A DNA stretch of 59,207 nt from Bacteroidales bacterium Bact_13 (GTDB taxonomy: Bacteria; Bacteroidota; Bacteroidia; Bacteroidales; UBA932). A program made the translations under genes and the position numbers. This document shows positions 59,015-59,207 of the stretch, one piece after another (within the stretch, counting starts at the first letter, position 1; every line of letters starts with the position of its first letter). Location of the stretch: the NCBI GenBank assembly GCA_001602845.1, contig LUZE01000164.1, positions 1-59,207 on the forward strand, given 5' to 3'. The notes beneath the pieces were generated by a model. The model saw only the letters and a program-made list of their open reading frames with translations, ran no database searches and had not been told where the DNA came from.

Positions 59015-59207
59015 GGAGATACGCCATGAGATGCAGGAACTGTGGATGGGAAAATGCTGACGGTGCGTTGCGCTGCGTGAAGTGCAACCAGCCGCTGACC
59101 CCTTCGATGGCTGCGCCACCGCCGCCGCGCCCCGCGCCGCGTCCGGCCGCGCCTTCGTACCCGCAGCCCCCCGCATATCAGCAGCCAGCTGCCCCGCAGC
59201 CGGCCCC
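59015..59207 (+). CDS. zinc-ribbon protein with a Pro-rich linker (N-terminal fragment, continues beyond the window)
   Basis: My translation from ATG 59015: MRCRNCGWENADGALRCVKCNQPLTPSMAAPPPPRPAPRPAAPSYPQPPAYQQPAAPQPA. A CxxC...CxxC zinc ribbon is followed by a low-complexity Pro-rich segment. It starts 3 nt after the previous stop. Confidence 0.65.

Overview
This looks like chromosomal DNA from a GC-rich member of the Bacteroidota. By inference it is Bacteroidales, possibly Alistipes/Rikenellaceae-like. The grounds are TAnnTTTG -7 promoter boxes, many lipobox lipoproteins, a FISUMP protein, a BtuB-BtuG style B12 locus, and a palindromic intergenic repeat of the form GTCATGCCCGG...CCGGGCATCTG. 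I support about 50 protein genes. Most are housekeeping: metG, dnaG, recA, recX, prfB, trpS, leuS, rlmN, gcvT, folE, trkA, aspA and a class I fumarase. I saw no rRNA, tRNA, CRISPR array, transposase or integrase.

Items worth a second look:
1. A cobalamin riboswitch (about 6540-6715, minus strand) leads a translationally coupled operon of two uncharacterised surface lipoproteins, then BtuB, a BtuG-like propeller and a BtuF-like binding protein.
2. A visibly AT-richer island (about 14900-17300) carries three small exported proteins and is bracketed by clusters of GC-rich REP-like palindromes and long hairpins.
3. A tightly coupled four-gene operon (17301-20525, minus strand) encodes an HPr-kinase-like P-loop protein, a Ser/His-type S24/S26 peptidase, a PqqD (RiPP-recognition-element) protein and an ABC exporter. 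It has no visible substrate gene and no known RiPP core enzyme.
4. Tandem patatin-Omp85 (type Vd-like) phospholipase paralogues.
5. A two-kinase neighbourhood (51927-59207) contains a cytoplasmic Ser/Thr-kinase::AAA+ fusion, a transmembrane receptor kinase, a WG-repeat exported protein, a zinc-ribbon/Pro-rich protein and a secreted protein made of six 17-residue repeats.

Many long ORFs in the track are antisense shadows of real genes, as expected for high-GC DNA, and I rejected them. All functional calls come from motifs read by eye. No database search was run.
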